A stretch of 64,000 nucleotides of DNA from the human T2T-CHM13v2.0 reference genome, Homo sapiens. Of the stretch, positions 1 through 17,921 are shown one piece after another. The stretch covers positions 7,648,001-7,712,000 of the forward strand of contig CP068257.2 of assembly GCA_009914755.4 (NCBI GenBank). Reading direction: 5' to 3'. Position 1 is the stretch's first letter. Each line of letters starts with the position of its first letter. The notes beneath the pieces were generated by a model. That model worked only from the letters and a program-made list of their open reading frames with translations. It was not told the origin of the DNA and did not search any database. A program made the position numbers and the translations under genes.

Positions 1-308
1 CTCACTGACAATGCCGCTGGTACTCAAGGGCTTTTACAGAGATGTATAAAGAGCTGAATATTGTTTTCATGCCTACTAACCCAACATTCATTCTGGTGCC
101 CTTGGATCAAAGAATAATTTCAACTTTCAAGTCTTATCACTTAAAAAATATATTTCATAAAGCTATAGCTTCTCTAGCAAGTGATTCCTTTGATGGATCT
201 GGGCAAAATAATTGAAAACCTACTGGAAAGGATTCACCATTCTAGACGCCATTGAGAACATTCATGATTTAAAAAAGAAGATCAAAATAGCAACATTAGG
301 AGAAGTTG

Positions 309-650
<342 letters not shown>

Positions 651-1188
651 TCACCACTTCTGTGGAGGAAGTAACTGCAGATATGGTGGAAATAACAAGA
701 GCACTAGAATCAGAGACAGAGCCTGAAGATCTGGCGAGACTGCAGCATCCTCTGGAGAAAACGTGAGAGGATGAGTTGCTCCCACGGATGAGCAAAGAAA
801 GTGGTTTCTTGAGATGAAATCTACTAGTGGTGAAGACAGTGTAAACAATGTTGAGATGACAACAGATTTAGAATAAACTTGGTACAGCAGAAGGAAGGCT
901 TGACAGGATTGAACCCAATGATTTACAATAATACATAAACTTAGTTGGTACTGCAGTACGAAGGTTTGACAGCATTGAATCCAATTTTGAAAGTTCTACT
1001 GTGGGTAAAAAGCTATCATCGTATGCTACAGATAATTCTTTTGTGAAAGGGAGAGTCAATTGACACAGCAAACTTCAATGTTGTCTTTTTTTAAGAAATT
1101 GCGACAGCCACCCCAGCGCTCAGCAACCACCACCTTACATTAAGGTAAGACCCTCCATCAGCAAGAAGACTGAAACTTGGCCAGGTGC

Positions 1189-1447
1189 AGTGGCTCACAC
1201 CTGTCATCCCAACACCTTGGGAGGCCAAGGTGGGTGGATTGCTTGAGCCCAGGACATCAAGGCAACATGGCAAAACCACATCTCTACAAAAAAAAATACA
1301 AAAATTAGCTGGACACGGTGGCATGCACCTGTAGTCCCAGCTAGTCAGGAGTCTGAGGTGGGGGTTTGATTGAGCATGAGGTTGAGGCTGCAATTACTCC
1401 AGCCTGAGCCACAGAGTAAAACCCTGTCACACACACAAAAAAAGATT
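1189..1447 (+). mobile_element. Alu SINE
   Basis: GGCCAGGTGCAGTGGCTCACACCTGTCATCCCAACACCTTGGGAGGCCAAGGTGGGTGGATTGCTTGAGCCCAGGA followed by the right monomer. AluJ/S-like divergence. Confidence 0.85.
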
Positions 1448-1713
1448 GCAGCTTTCTGAAGGCTCAGATGACTGTTAGCACTTGTTAACAATAAAGTATT
1501 TGTAAATTAAAGTGTGCATACTTTGTAGACATATGCTATTGCACACTTTATACAGCACAGTATAAACATACTTTTACATGCACTAGGAAACCAAAAGAAA
1601 TTGTATAAAACTTTATTGCAGTGGTCTGGAACCAAACCCACATATATCTCTGATGCATGGCCGTCCTGTATTGTACACTTAAAAAAGTACTTAAGAGGGT
1701 ATATTTTATGTGA

Positions 1714-2020
<307 letters not shown>

Positions 2021-2144
2021 TCATTTTTTAAAAAGGGTGAGAATGAGAAATATATGGGGAGTGATGGTCAAGTTTACGGCATTATTTGTTGTGATGAGTC
2101 CTGGGGCGAATACTTATCTCTATACTCATTAAGATGTATATATT

Positions 2145-3102
<958 letters not shown>

Positions 3103-3252
3103 AATTTTTAAATACATATAATTAAAAATTAATAAAAAACAGGTATTTGCAAGTTTCTGTTTTGTTATATGCTTATTATTCTTTATCTTTATGTCAGGTT
3201 GCTGTGTCAATACACTTAGGAGATCATAGTTTCTAAATTGAAATACAAATAA

Positions 3253-3594
<342 letters not shown>

Positions 3595-3785
3595 TAAAAT
3601 TTACATTTCTGAGTTAAGAATGCTTAAAATATTATAAAAACAGAAGCACAATTCATTATGTGTTTCATTAATTACCTTTATTAAAAACAACACAATTATA
3701 TTACAATAGGACAAAAAATGTTTTAGCAAATGAAAACGAAACCATGACATACTCAAACTCTGGAGGAGGCAACAAAGGCAGTGCT

Positions 3786-4030
3786 AAAGGCAAGCTTACA
3801 GCTGCAGATGCTTAAATTAAAAAGAAGAAAGATCTCAAACCCATGCTAAAGGGAAGCTTACAGCTGCAGATCCTTAAATTAAAAAGAAGAAAGATCTCAA
3901 ACCCGTGCTAAAGGGAAGCTTACAGCTGCAGATGCTTAAATTAAAAAGAAGAAAGATCTCAAACCCTTGCTAAAGGGAAGCTTATAGCTGCAGGTGCTTA
4001 AATTAAAAAGAAGAAAGATCTCAAATCAAT
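3786..4030. repeat. 61-bp tandem repeat, 4 copies
   Basis: Unit CTAAAGGGAAGCTTACAGCTGCAGATGCTTAAATTAAAAAGAAGAAAGATCTCAAACCCNTG repeated at 3786, 3847, 3908 and 3969. It sits just upstream of an old L1 ORF2 fragment. Confidence 0.85.
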
Positions 4031-5045
4031 AACCTAATATTACACCTGAAGGAGGAAAAAAAAAAACTAATGACAAACCAAGCAAAAGGAAGAAAATAAC
4101 AGATTAGAGCAGAGATAAGCAGAATAAGACCAGAAAAAAAGGAAAAAAAACACTGAGTTTGTTTTTTTAAAGATCAATAAAAATTTTAAAACTCACAGCT
4201 ATATTAAGAAAAAAAGAGAAATCTCAAATACTAAAATCATAAATAAAAGAGTTGACAATACAACAGATGCCACAGAAATGAAAAAGATTACAAGACACTA
4301 ATGTGAGCAACCATATGCCACAAAACTGGGCAACCTAGAATAAATTTATAAATTCCTAGAAACACAAACCACCATACTGCATCACGGAGAAATAAAAAAT
4401 CCAAAGAGACCTGTAACTAGTATGAAGATTCAACCAGTAATCAAAAACCCCACCAAAAAGAAAATTCCAGGTCCAGATAACTTCACTGGAAAATTTTACC
4501 AAACATTTCAAGAAGAATTAATGCCAATCCTCTGCAAAATATTCCAAAAATGTTCAAAAACCAGAAGGGGACATTCCAATCCATTCTATCAGGTCAACAT
4601 TTATCTGGTTCCAGAGCCAGATGAACACCTTTTGTAATAAAAACACTCAAAGAATTAGTAATATATGGAAACTCCTCAGTAAATAAAGATTATACATGAA
4701 AAGCTCACAGCTAACATCATACTCAATCGTGAAAAACTAAAATCTTTTCCTCTAGGGTCAGGAATAAGATAGCAACTTCTCTTCCTGCCACTTCTATTCA
4801 CCACAGCACTGGAATTTCTACTTAGAATAATTAGGCAAGAGAAAGTAATAAAAAGCATGCAAATTGGAAAGGAAAAAGTACAAAATTTTGTTCACAGACA
4901 ACATGATGTAATGTGTAAAAATTCTGAAATTCCACAAAATACTGGTAGAATAATGAAATTCAACAAAGTTTCAGGATATAGTAACACACTCAAGTCAGTT
5001 GCATTTCTATAAACTAACAATGAACAATCTGCAAATAAAATTTTA
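4030..5045 (+). mobile_element. Ancient L1 (L1M/L1PB-like) ORF2 fragment: N-terminal region through RT
   Basis: Translation 4422-4637, ...KKKIPGPDNFTGKFYQTFQEELMPILCKIFQK..., matches the L1 ORF2 motif [15 protein letters not shown]...LPILLKLFQK. The downstream frame gives RT-like ...NGEKLKAFPLRSG.RQGCPLS... Confidence 0.75.
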
Positions 5046-5051
5046 AAAAGA

Positions 5052-6520
<1,469 letters not shown>

Positions 6521-6524
6521 ATAA

Positions 6525-6760
6525 AAGAAAATACCAGTTGAGTGTCCCTTATTTGAAATGCTTGGGATGTGTTTCAGATTTTGTAATATTTGCACTATTC
6601 TTACTGGTTGAGCATCTCGAATTCAAACACCTGAGTCTGAGATGCTCCAATAAGCATTTCCTTTGAGTGTCATGTTGGCACTCAAAAAGTTTCAGACTTT
6701 GGAGCATTTGGGATTTCAGATTTTTGGATCGGAGACATTCAATCTATAGTTGCTCATCAT
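6525..6760. repeat. Short palindromic interspersed-repeat fragment (MITE / DNA-transposon-like)
   Basis: Inverted-repeat arms: ...GAGATGCTCCAATAAGCATTTCC ... TTTGGAGCATTTGGGATTTCAGATTTTTGGAT, and similar GATTTCAGATTTTG arms. The family is not identified. Confidence 0.3.
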
Positions 6761-7859
6761 GTATCTCATAAGAAGTGAACATACAGAATACGTAAAGAAC
6801 TCCTACAGAGAGACTACCAGAAGCAGAGAGGAGCAAACACATTTTCACACTAGGGCACCTCCTATCTCTCCTGGATTCCAATTAGGGCAGAGTAAGTGCT
6901 AGTTCTCTGCCAACCTAGGATTAGGCCCTGCAGCTGCAGTGAAAATAATCACAGAAGAAAACTAAGAAATAAAAAATGGAGAAAGTGAGACATCAAACTA
7001 GAATTACTAGAATCCCCTAGGAAGAAGGAAAAAAAAAACAAAACAGAAAAACAATCAAACCAGATAATTAAACCTTGGTGTGACCAGAAGATCAGGGTTT
7101 CCTAAAGGAGTGGAAATTTATTGACTTGAAGACGATTTATTGATTACTGATTTGAAGAGGAAGAAAAACCATGAATGGTCTAAAGCAAAAGCCTAGTGTC
7201 TGAAGAAGTCAGTAGGGTGAAAACAAGAGCTGGCCAGAATGTCCACAGATGGTGACAAGTTTGCAAAGCCTTTACTAGACTACTTGTGAGGCTAACTAGA
7301 GGCCAAGGAGCCAACACTGCCCTTGTCCTTACAGAGAGACCCTACACAGGATTCCCAGATATACATGGAAGGACAACATCTTATCAGGTCCTCTCTGTGC
7401 AGATGTGGTTATCATTCCAAATAATGAGCTCCAGCCCCAAGACTGTTCCATCCTCAATTGCTTTGAGTGGGCAATGTAGGCTTTCCACACACGAGCTACA
7501 TGTAGGTTCCTTGGGTACCCAGATGGGAGCCGTGAAACACAAACCTTCCATGGTCAGGTCCGTATCTGTTTCCTGCCTTTTCCCCAGCAATCCCCAGGCC
7601 TCAGCAGCAGTGGTCTACCTCTGCTGATTCTCATTCAGAATCTGAACTTAGAAACAATTAGAACCTAGACCCCAATTCTACCTGAAAGTAACAGAATAAC
7701 ATAATCTATACCCTGCAGCATGACTGTTTACCCAACGTAATGAGGATGAACTGAGAGATAATGAATGACCATGACCCTGGCCCAAGTAACAAGAATGAAC
7801 TGTGAGATAAATGAATGATCATGACCAAAAAACCCCACTACAACACAACAACAAAATAA

Positions 7860-8959
<1,100 letters not shown>

Positions 8960-9070
8960 TATAAAAAATTATTTCAAAAAGCCAAAAGATTAATCAAACT
9001 GGAATATTTAGAAATATTTAACCCAAAAGAAGTTAGGAAAGAATATATAGAAGATCAAAACACAGACTAA

Positions 9071-9372
9071 GGCCAGGCATGGTGGCTCATGCCTGTAATA
9101 TGAACAATTTGGGATGCCAAGGTGGGTAGGTTGCTTGAGCTCAGGAGTTCAAGATCAGCCTGTGCAACATGGCAAAACTCTATCTCTACAAAAAATATAA
9201 AAATTAGCCAGGTGTGTTGCCATGCACCTGTAGTCCCAGCTACTCAGGGGGCTCAAGTGAGGATTGGTTGGGCCTGGGAGGCAGAGGTTGCAGTGAGCCA
9301 AGATTGCACCATTGCACTACAGTCTGGGTGACAGAGTAAGACCCTGTCTTAAAAAAATAAACAAACAAATAG
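9071..9372 (+). mobile_element. Alu SINE
   Basis: GGCCAGGCATGGTGGCTCATGCCTGTAATATGAACAATTTGGGATGCCAAGGTGGGTAGGTTGCTTGAGCTCAGGAGTTCAAGA ... GACCCTGTCTTAAAAAAATAAACAAACAAATAG. Confidence 0.85.
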
Positions 9373-9387
9373 AAAATAAGTAGAAAA

Positions 9388-10180
9388 ATGGCAGACCTAA
9401 ATCCAACCTTAGCAATGATTAGTTACAATGTAACTGGACAAATACTCTACTTAAGACAGAGACTGCCAGACCTGAGAGGAAAGCAAGACCCAACAATATG
9501 GCATCCACAGAGACACAATTTAAACACAAAGACACAAACAAAGTATGAGAAAAAATATGCTATGCAGACACTAATCTTAAAAATATGCTATCCAGACACT
9601 AATCATAAAAAGCTTCAACAGAGATGTTAACACTAGATGAAAGAGGCTTCAGAGCAAAATATATCACCAGAAATAAACAGGGTAATTTAATAAAAATAAA
9701 ATAATCAGAGAGGATGATGTTACAATTATAAATTGTGCCTCAAAGTGCACACAAATTACACACACACACAGAGCCTCAAAGTATGTGAATCAAAAACAAC
9801 AGACAAAAGCAGGAAATTGACAATCCAAAATTATAGCTGGTGAATTAATAGTGCTCTCTCAGTAACTGATGGAAGAACCAGATAAAAATATAGGAAAAAT
9901 ATGGATCTAAATGACAAAATCCTGACCCAAATGGTACTTGGCAGTACCAAGATAAACTGTATGTCGATCGATTGAGAAAAGGTTCAAGCCTGAAATAGTA
10001 TACAAAAGATGTTGTCTGAACACTCGAAATTAAATTAGAAACCAACAACAAATTGATATCCAGAAAAGCCTCAAATGTCTGAAAACCAAGTAATAAACTT
10101 TGAAATACCCTGTGAGTCAAAAAGTATTCAAAAGGGGAACTGGAATGTATTTGGAACAAACTTGTTATAAAAATGTCATT
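9388..10180 (+). mobile_element. Ancient L1 (L1M-type) ORF2 5' fragment (endonuclease domain)
   Basis: ORF 9388-9630, MADLNPTLAMISYNV.G..., matches the L1M ORF2 start MADLNPTISIITLNVNGLN. It is a separate element from the upstream L1 3' end. Confidence 0.7.
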
Positions 10181-10199
10181 TCTGGTAGACTAAAGGTGA

Positions 10200-10690
10200 C
10201 AACTTCTTTCCTGCTCCTCTCTCTGTGAGGACCAATTCCCCTTAAACCTTGACCAGACTACTGACTTATTTGGCCAACAGAAGGTGACAAAGGTGGTATT
10301 TGGGGACTTCAGAAGCCAGGCTGAGAAAACAGAACACTTATCCAGGAGAAAGCCAGTCACCAGGCAGGAAATCCCACTACCCTGAGACATGATGGAAACC
10401 ACACTGCCAGTCCATGACTAGCTACATGCATTGACATCCCCCACTGAGCCTCCAGCAACACCGATTTCCAACAACTAGTGAGCCTCCAGCAACATCCACT
10501 CCCAACCACTAGTGAGCCACCCTGCACACCACCCCACTGTGCTTTCACACAATCCAGCTTGGCTGCAACTGTGTGTGAGATGAGCTGACCACCAAGACTC
10601 TCAAAGCCAAAAAACAAGTAATAATGAGTTGTTTTAAGCTGCCAAGTTTTGGGGATGGTTTCTTCAGAATAGAAAACTGGAACAGAATAT
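10200..10690 (+). mobile_element. MaLR-type LTR (MLT1/MST-like) solo LTR
   Basis: The 3' terminus ...GAGTTGTTTTAAGCTGCCAAGTTTTGGGGATGGTTTCTTCAGAATAGAAAACTGGAACAG resembles the MaLR LTR end TGTTGTTTATAAGCCACCCAGTCTATGGTATTTTGTTATAGCAGCCCGAACGGACTAAGACA. The upstream ...GAGCCTCCAGCAACA... repeats are typical of MLT1. Confidence 0.5.
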
Positions 10691-11451
10691 GACCGCTGGA
10701 AATGAGCTGCTGTGGTAATCAGAAGCTACAATATGTGACACGACTGTGAGGCTGACCTGTAACTGGGCCTCAAGGAGACCATTCATGCAACCTGGAAGAG
10801 CATCAAGACTCTTGGTCAGGGCCTGAAGGATGGTGAGAAAATGTCATTGGAAACTGGAGAAAAGGCCTGAGAGTTACGTGCTGAGGGACTGTGGGAAAAC
10901 TACGGCCACAACATGGAAACTGAAAGGGCACTGCACCATCTCAGGGATCTGCCTAAGGAGACATCTGGGAAGAACATGGAAAGTGCTACCAGCCTCCCCT
11001 AACTGTCACTGAATAAATATGACAGGAGAGGGACATGATCTAAACAAGGAGGTTCAGTTTTCAAACAGAATTTAGAGAAAATATAAAGAAATAATTTCTT
11101 GTCTCAAAAGGCCAAAGTAGAAAAAAGAAAGAAAAGAAAAGGAAAAAAAATGAAAAAGAAGCCATTGAATACCCTATTGACCATAAGAAAAAGGCAGGGA
11201 AACTTGGTCAAAGGCAACCCAGGCACTGAAGGAAAAAGGACACAAACACCATTCTCAGGGACCAGGACTGGGCGCCGTTCTCAGGGACCAGGACTGGGCA
11301 CTAATCACAGAACTGTAACAGGCACCCCATGGGAATGACCAACTGTTAGACGGGGCCTGCAGGGCAGCACTTCCTTCTTGCCTCCCACCAACAGCTTCTA
11401 AAGGGAAATGCCGACTGTTTTCACACCAGTCCCCTCACTGCGGCTGAGTTT

Positions 11452-11665
11452 GTGGGCTCAGATGATAGGTCACCACAACCTGATTCAGTCCCCACTGTGG
11501 CTGTGTGTGGGGGGTCAGATGACAGGCCACCACAATCTGATTCAGTCCACACTGTTGCTGTGTCGGGGGGAGGGGCAGATGACAGGTCACCACAACCTGA
11601 TTCAGTCCTCACTGCAGCTGTGTGTGTGTTGGTGCAGATGACAGGCCACCACAACCTGATTCAGG
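11452..11665. repeat. ~55-62 bp minisatellite, ~3.5 copies
   Basis: Unit TCAGATGACAGGYCACCACAAYCTGATTCAGTCCNCACTGNNGCTGTGTGNGGGG recurs at 11458, 11513, 11578 and 11636. Confidence 0.8.
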
Positions 11666-12971
11666 ATTCAGTTGGGCTACCAGCCAGTGCCATAAGGAAA
11701 ACCATTCTGGGGCTCTTGAGAGGGGCAAAGCATAATTTGCATGTAGCAGAAATGTTAATAGTTTGCGACCAGAGGACAAGCTGTGGTTTATTAAAGACTG
11801 CTGCAGGTTCCTACTATGCTTCTCATCAAGAGGTGGAATCTAATCACCTTCCGCCCTTGAATCATGGCTGGCCTCAGTGATGAGTGCGACTGGGCAGTGT
11901 GGCAGGAGAGATGCTCTGGGACTTCTGAGGGGCGATCATGAGAGGCCTTACAGATTCTGCCTGGGCCTCTGGGACACACACCCTGGGAGAAACCAGACAA
12001 ACCTGACTACCTGACGCTGCCAGACTGGGAGGAAGTCCGTGCTGGCCACGAAGAGAGGGCTGGGTGCCTGTTCCATGTCCCCAGCCACTAGAGTCCTTCC
12101 AGATGAGACCAAGGACATCATGAAGCAACCAACCCACACCGCCCTGTCCAGTGTCTTGACCCAGAAAATTGTGACATGTAAAAAAATAAATTCCTGGTTT
12201 AAGCCAGTAAGGTTACTGGTACATTGTTACATCTCAGATAATTAAAACCTTGAAAAACTCATGAGAGATCACAAGTAGAACCTTGATCTGAAACGGCATG
12301 TAGCGATTTATATTGAGTATTAGGTTAAAAATGCAAGAATGGAGCATAGTTAATATTTTACGTTAAAGCTAAAACTATAATTGCCTACTTAAAATTTTCA
12401 GTTAATTAGGTTGTCACTTTTTGTTCTTAACCAAGAAATCAACTAGTTTTAGTCCATAAACAGTTAGAACTGATGCACACATCCGTTTCTCCTTACTCAT
12501 TTTAAACAGCTATCTGAAATAGGAAGCGTAATATAATCTTTAAAGAATCTGAAAACATGACAGAAATGTTTAAACTATAAACATATATTGTATATGTTAG
12601 CATATTGTATACATTGCATATTAACATAAGCTAGAATCATTGACATAAATTTATATAAACGAAAGGTGTAACATATGACAATGTTCTTCTTGATTTTTGT
12701 CTTTGCATATTTCTTTATTGGCCCTTGTCAAATGTGACCCACTAACTCCTGAATACTTTCTCCCTCCCCATTGATTCCTAAGGATGTCACCACAGTGTTG
12801 GCCAGATGCACAGGTCACAGGGGACTGAATCTCATCACCCCACAAACATACCATTCAGGTTTTGCCAAGAATGACACTGTAAATGTAACAAAGCTTCCGT
12901 GCTTGTTAGTGAACACCAACTCAGCTCCTCTCCTGTATTCAGAAATCAGGATGAGATGAAAACAACAAGCA

Positions 12972-13280
<309 letters not shown>

Positions 13281-13678
13281 AACAAGGAAACAAAAGTAAC
13301 AAGGCTTGACACCAGATGAGCCTGAATCTAAGCAAGAAAAGCCCAGAAGAAATCCCATTTTGGGTCACTGGCTGCATGGTAGTAATACCATACACATAAG
13401 GGAAGAGAAGAGGATGTGGCTTTCAGTTTGAATTTTTTGAGCTTAAGGTAAATTTTGTGTAGCTACAAAGAAGCATTCAACAGAGAGTTAAACCTATGAT
13501 GGAAAGACTGAAGGGGTCCAAGCTGTAGAGAAACAGGACTGCAAACCACAAAGGGCTGAATCAGTCAAGGAGAACTGCAGGGCGGGATGAACAGGGACTA
13601 ATGGAACATTTGGATAAGCTGTTGAGAAGAAAGGAGAATTCAGAGAAAAAGAACTGTCAGTGAGGTCATAATAGAAAC

Positions 13679-14156
13679 TGTTACAGTGAACTAAATATGG
13701 CCTGGGAAGGACTCTGTACTTCTAGATTTGAGTCCCTGTGGACAAACTGCAACCTAAATTAATAGGTAGAAAGACTGAAAACCTAACTTAGGAGTATGCG
13801 CCTGTAACTATAGCTGAGTCCTGGCCAATCCCAACTGCCAAACTTCTGCCACTCACACACTGCTGAGTGTTCAGCTGTGTTCAGATAAGGCAAATGCTGA
13901 GCACTGGAACCAGTCCAGTTGTTTCTGGACCTCACTGCTGAGAACTGTAAGGGACCCAGTTGCTTCTGGACCTCACTTCTCACTTCAGATTTCTGTACAT
14001 CACGTTCCCTTTATTGTCTATAAATCTTCCACCATGTAGCTGTGCTGGAGTCTCACCAAATCTGCTGTGATTCTGGGGGCTGCCTGATTCGTGAATCATT
14101 CATTGCTCAATTAAGTTCCTTTAAATTTAATTCAGCTGAAGATTTTCTTTTAATAG
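13679..14156 (+). mobile_element. ERV LTR, candidate 5' LTR of a HERV-L-type provirus (MLT2-like)
   Basis: Starts TGTTACAGTGAACTAAATATGG. It contains a CCAAT box (GGCCAATCCCAACT) and a TATA-like CTATAAATCTTCC. It is ~80% identical to a second copy at 27318-27716 in the same orientation, and is followed immediately by a tRNA-Leu primer-binding site. Confidence 0.55.
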
Positions 14157-14176
14157 ATGGTGTCAGAAGTGGGATC
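14157..14176 (+). promoter_or_regulatory. Retroviral primer-binding site complementary to the tRNA-Leu(CAG) 3' end (PBS-Leu)
   Basis: TGGTGTCAGAAGTGGGATCT against the expected PBS-Leu TGGTGTCAGGAGTGGGATTC, 18 of 20 matching. It lies directly after the LTR end. A Leu PBS is the defining feature of HERV-L. Confidence 0.5.
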
Positions 14177-16490
14177 TGTGGGAGCAGGACTGCTAGGGCC
14201 TCCGGAGCTATAGTGTGGTGAGCAGTGTTGCTAGGGCTTCTAATGACCCCCAGGAGTGCTGAGGTACAAGAAAGGCACCTGCAAGGACTGCTCTGTGATG
14301 GCAGCAGTGGTCCACGTGGAGCAGTTGCTACGGAGACACTGGCTGCAGTGGGGAGGAGTGGCTGGGGCTGTGCGCTCCTCGAAGCTGGTGGGAGCCAGGA
14401 ACGGGTGGGAGCCCCACCCCTTCTAAATTGGCAAGCAGGAGCCCCGCCCTCCCAGGCACAGCTGCAGCCATCCAGCCATGACTGCAAACCCGGGCATCTT
14501 TGCACTCTTAGAGGCCCAGCAAGCCCCCTGCCCCCACAGGCTCAGTCGTACCTGGTCCCACCATCTGGCATCTCTCCACTCCCAGAGCCCACTCCAACTT
14601 CGGATCCAAGTTGAGGCTGAACCCAGGCACAGTCGCAACCCGGCCCGGTTTGTGCAAGCTCAGGGCAGTGCTGACATGCCAGCCTCCTGCCACCTCAGCC
14701 CCCTCCAGACTTTGGGCAGTGACGAGCACAAGAGGGAGGTTGAGGTGGGTCTAAGAGTGGCTCAGCACTGGCCTGAAGGCACTCCTCAGCTCGAACAGCC
14801 TCAGCAATGTGGGAACAGCTAACCACAGTGCGTCTCTCTCAGCTGCTGAGAGCTGAACAGATTTTGGGATGACCTGCCTGCAGAAAGGAGTTACCCACTG
14901 CAGTTCTCCTCTGAGCTCTACTGTTGCTCAATAAAGCACCTCTTCACCTTGCTCACCTTCTACTTGCCCACATACCTCATTCTTCCTGGACTCAGGACAA
15001 GAACTCGGGACCTGCCAACTAGCAGGGCTGAAAGAGGTGTAACATAAACAGGGCTGAAACGCACCCCTTGCTTACCAAATTGCAGGCAAGAAGAAGAGAA
15101 GAGAGAAGGAGACAAGAGCTGTGGCCCTTCAGGGAGCCCAGACCTAGGAGCTCCCCAAGCCAGGGCTGTGATGCCTTCTTTGGGGCTCTGCAGTTCCTGC
15201 ATCTCCAAGTTTCCAGGCACCACTGCATTCCCTGATACACACAGTGGAAGCTGTTTGCAGTCGGTCTGGTCCAGCTGCAGCCTCACAGGGAGCTGGCACC
15301 TGTGCCGGTACCTGGAGCTGCCCACCCCACTGCAGCTGGCATGCTTGGCTGTGTGCAGTGGTCAGATCCCATGCTTGCTTGCTCACACACCATTCACTGC
15401 TCTGTACCCAGCTCATCCTTGGCAGGTGTGGGATCCACACCACTAGCATGAGCCGAGTGGACAGAACGAACCCAGTGGGCCCGAGCAAAACACAGGTAAA
15501 GGCACCACCAGCCAGAGGTTTCAGGCAGAAAAGTGACGTCTCAGGATTCTGTAACACTTGTGCACTTTGACCTCTCAGAGCAGCTGGGGATCATGGTAAA
15601 TTCTCTCTCGGATTTCATAGCTCCATGGATTTGTGTTTTGAGCTCTGAGTTTCTTTGAGCAATTTTCTGTTCCAAACTGCTATCCAGCCATGACTGACTG
15701 GATGTTTTAGAACATCCAGAAACGGGACAGTGTCCAGGATCAGATTTGATCCAGTAGTTAACTGTCTTGAATCCAGTTCCAGTTAGAGACCTCCTACATC
15801 TGAATGGGTCAGAAGGAAAGTGGTAGTAAATGATAATTTTGGAGGGTTGTAAAATTTGGCTTTTGAAAATTCACAGGGATTTTTGTGTTCTACCCCTTTG
15901 TTTCATTTTCCTCGCACGCTTAGGTAGGAAAAAAAATCATTGGCTAAGTCAATCAAGGGAACCTGGGAGTAAAGACAATATATTAGGTAACAATAGGATC
16001 ATTAATTTCTGGAAAACTTAGTTCCTTCTGGCTAATTCATTAGGCCTGGGAAGCAGCAAAGTCTTACAGAAATGGCAAAATCTTACTAAAGATAACTTAC
16101 AGTGGAACATTCCAAATGAATAATGCCCTGAAGTGCATTTAAAAATGAGGGCTCCCAAATTAGTCTCGTCTAGGGATGCCTATTAATATGCAGAAGCTTC
16201 TAAAAAGATTTAGAGGTGGCACGGCCTATCTGAGAGCAAGTTTGGGTCTTACCAGTTTGACACTGGGTGCTAAGCAAAGTGGCACGTGTCTATGTTTTGT
16301 CACATGTATTTTGCTCTGAGCAGAATGAAAAATGTTAATTTGGTTACTCCAAGCAACCCCTTGGGCAGCATCTTACAAAGCTGAGTGGATTCTTCTTGTG
16401 GCTCCATGATTATCATTGTGATGCAGTTTGGCCCCAGAGCTATAATATGGTGAGGAGGGTGACAGAGCAAGACGTTATCTTTAAAAAAAA
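14177..16490 (+). mobile_element. Candidate degraded HERV-L internal region (leader/gag side)
   Basis: Position only: it lies between the PBS and the L1/Alu insertions. It is GC-rich with no intact ORF, and I could not recognise gag or pol motifs by eye. Confidence 0.3.
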
Positions 16491-16491
16491 T

Positions 16492-16780
16492 GGCCAGGGA
16501 CAGTGGCTCACACCTGTAATCCCAACACTTGGGGAGGCCGAGACAGGTGGATCACCTGAGGTCAGGAGTTCAGGGCCAGCCTGACCAACAAGGAAAAACC
16601 CCGTCTCTACTAAAAACACAAAATTAGCTGGGCATGGTGTGACATGTCTCTAATCCCAGCTACTCAGGAGGCTGGGGCGGGAGAATTGCTTGAACCTGGG
16701 AGGCAGGGGGTTGCAGTAAACCGAGATTGCATCATTGCACACCAGCCTGGGCAACAAGAGGGAAAATCCACCTCAAAAAA
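16492..16780 (+). mobile_element. Alu SINE
   Basis: GGCCAGGGACAGTGGCTCACACCTGTAATCCCAACACTTGGGGAGGCCGAGACAGGTGGATCACCTGAGGTCAGGAGTTCAGGGCCAGCCTGACCAAC ... Confidence 0.9.
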
Positions 16781-17921
16781 AGGAAAGAATAATAGATTTG
16801 CCTATAAGGTTTTATGAAAAAGTGGGTGACATTTGGCTTTCTCTCTTTAAAGAAGATTTTCAGAAAATATTAAAAAATAATGGGAGGAGAAGCCAAGATG
16901 GCCGAATAGGAACAGCTCGAGTCTACCGCTCCCAGCATGAGCGACGCAGAAGACGGGTGATTTCTGCATTTCCTTTTGAGGTACTGGGTTCATCTCACTA
17001 GGGAGTGCCAGACAGTGGGTGCAGGACAGTGGGTGAAGTGCACTGTGCACTAGCTGAAGCAGGGCGAGTCATTGCCTCACTCGGGAAGTGCAAGGGGTCA
17101 GGGAGTTAGTTCTCTTTCCTGGTCAAAGAAAGGGGTGACAGACGGCACCTGGAAAATCGGGCCACTCCTACCCTAACACTGTGCTTTTCCGACGGGCTTA
17201 GGAAATGGCACCCCAGGAGATTATATCCGGCACCTGCCTCGGAGGGTCCTACGCACACGGAGTCTCGCTGATTGCTAACACAGCAGTCTGAGATCAAACT
17301 GCAAGGCAGCAGCAAGGCTGGGGGAGGGGCACTGGCTATTGCCCAGGCTCTCTTAAGTAAACAAAGCATCCAGGAAGCTCGAACTGGGTGGAGCCCAACA
17401 CAGCTCAAGGAGGCCGTCCTGCCTCTGCAGGCTCCACCTCTGGGGGCAGGGCACAGACAAACAAAAAGACAGCAGTAACCTCTGCAGACTTAAATGTCCC
17501 TGTCTGACAGCTTTGAGGAGAGCAGTGGTTCTCCCAGCATGCAGCTGGAGATCTGAGAATGGGCAGACTGCCTCCTCAAGTGGGTCCCTGACCCTGACCC
17601 CCAAGCAGCCTAATTGGGAGGCGCCCCCCAGTAGGGGCAGACTGACACCTCACACAACCGGGTACTCCTCTGAGACAAAAATTCCAGAGGAACGATCAGA
17701 CAGCAGCATTCGCGGATCACGAAAATCCACGGTTTTGCAGACACCACTGCTGATACCCAGGCAAACAGGGTCTGCAATGGGCCTCTAGCAAACTCCAACA
17801 GACCTGAAGCTGAGGGTCATGTCTTTTAGAAGGAAAACTAACAAACAGAAAGGACATCCACACCAAAAACCCATCTGTACATCACCATGATCAAAGACCA
17901 AAAGTAGATAAAACCACAAAG

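Noticed and set aside
14157-14176. Possibility of a tRNA-Leu gene at the tRNA-Leu-like 20-mer
   Set aside because: Only the 3'-terminal ~18 nt of the tRNA is matched, as its reverse complement, which is the PBS configuration. No cloverleaf or A/B box sequence is present.
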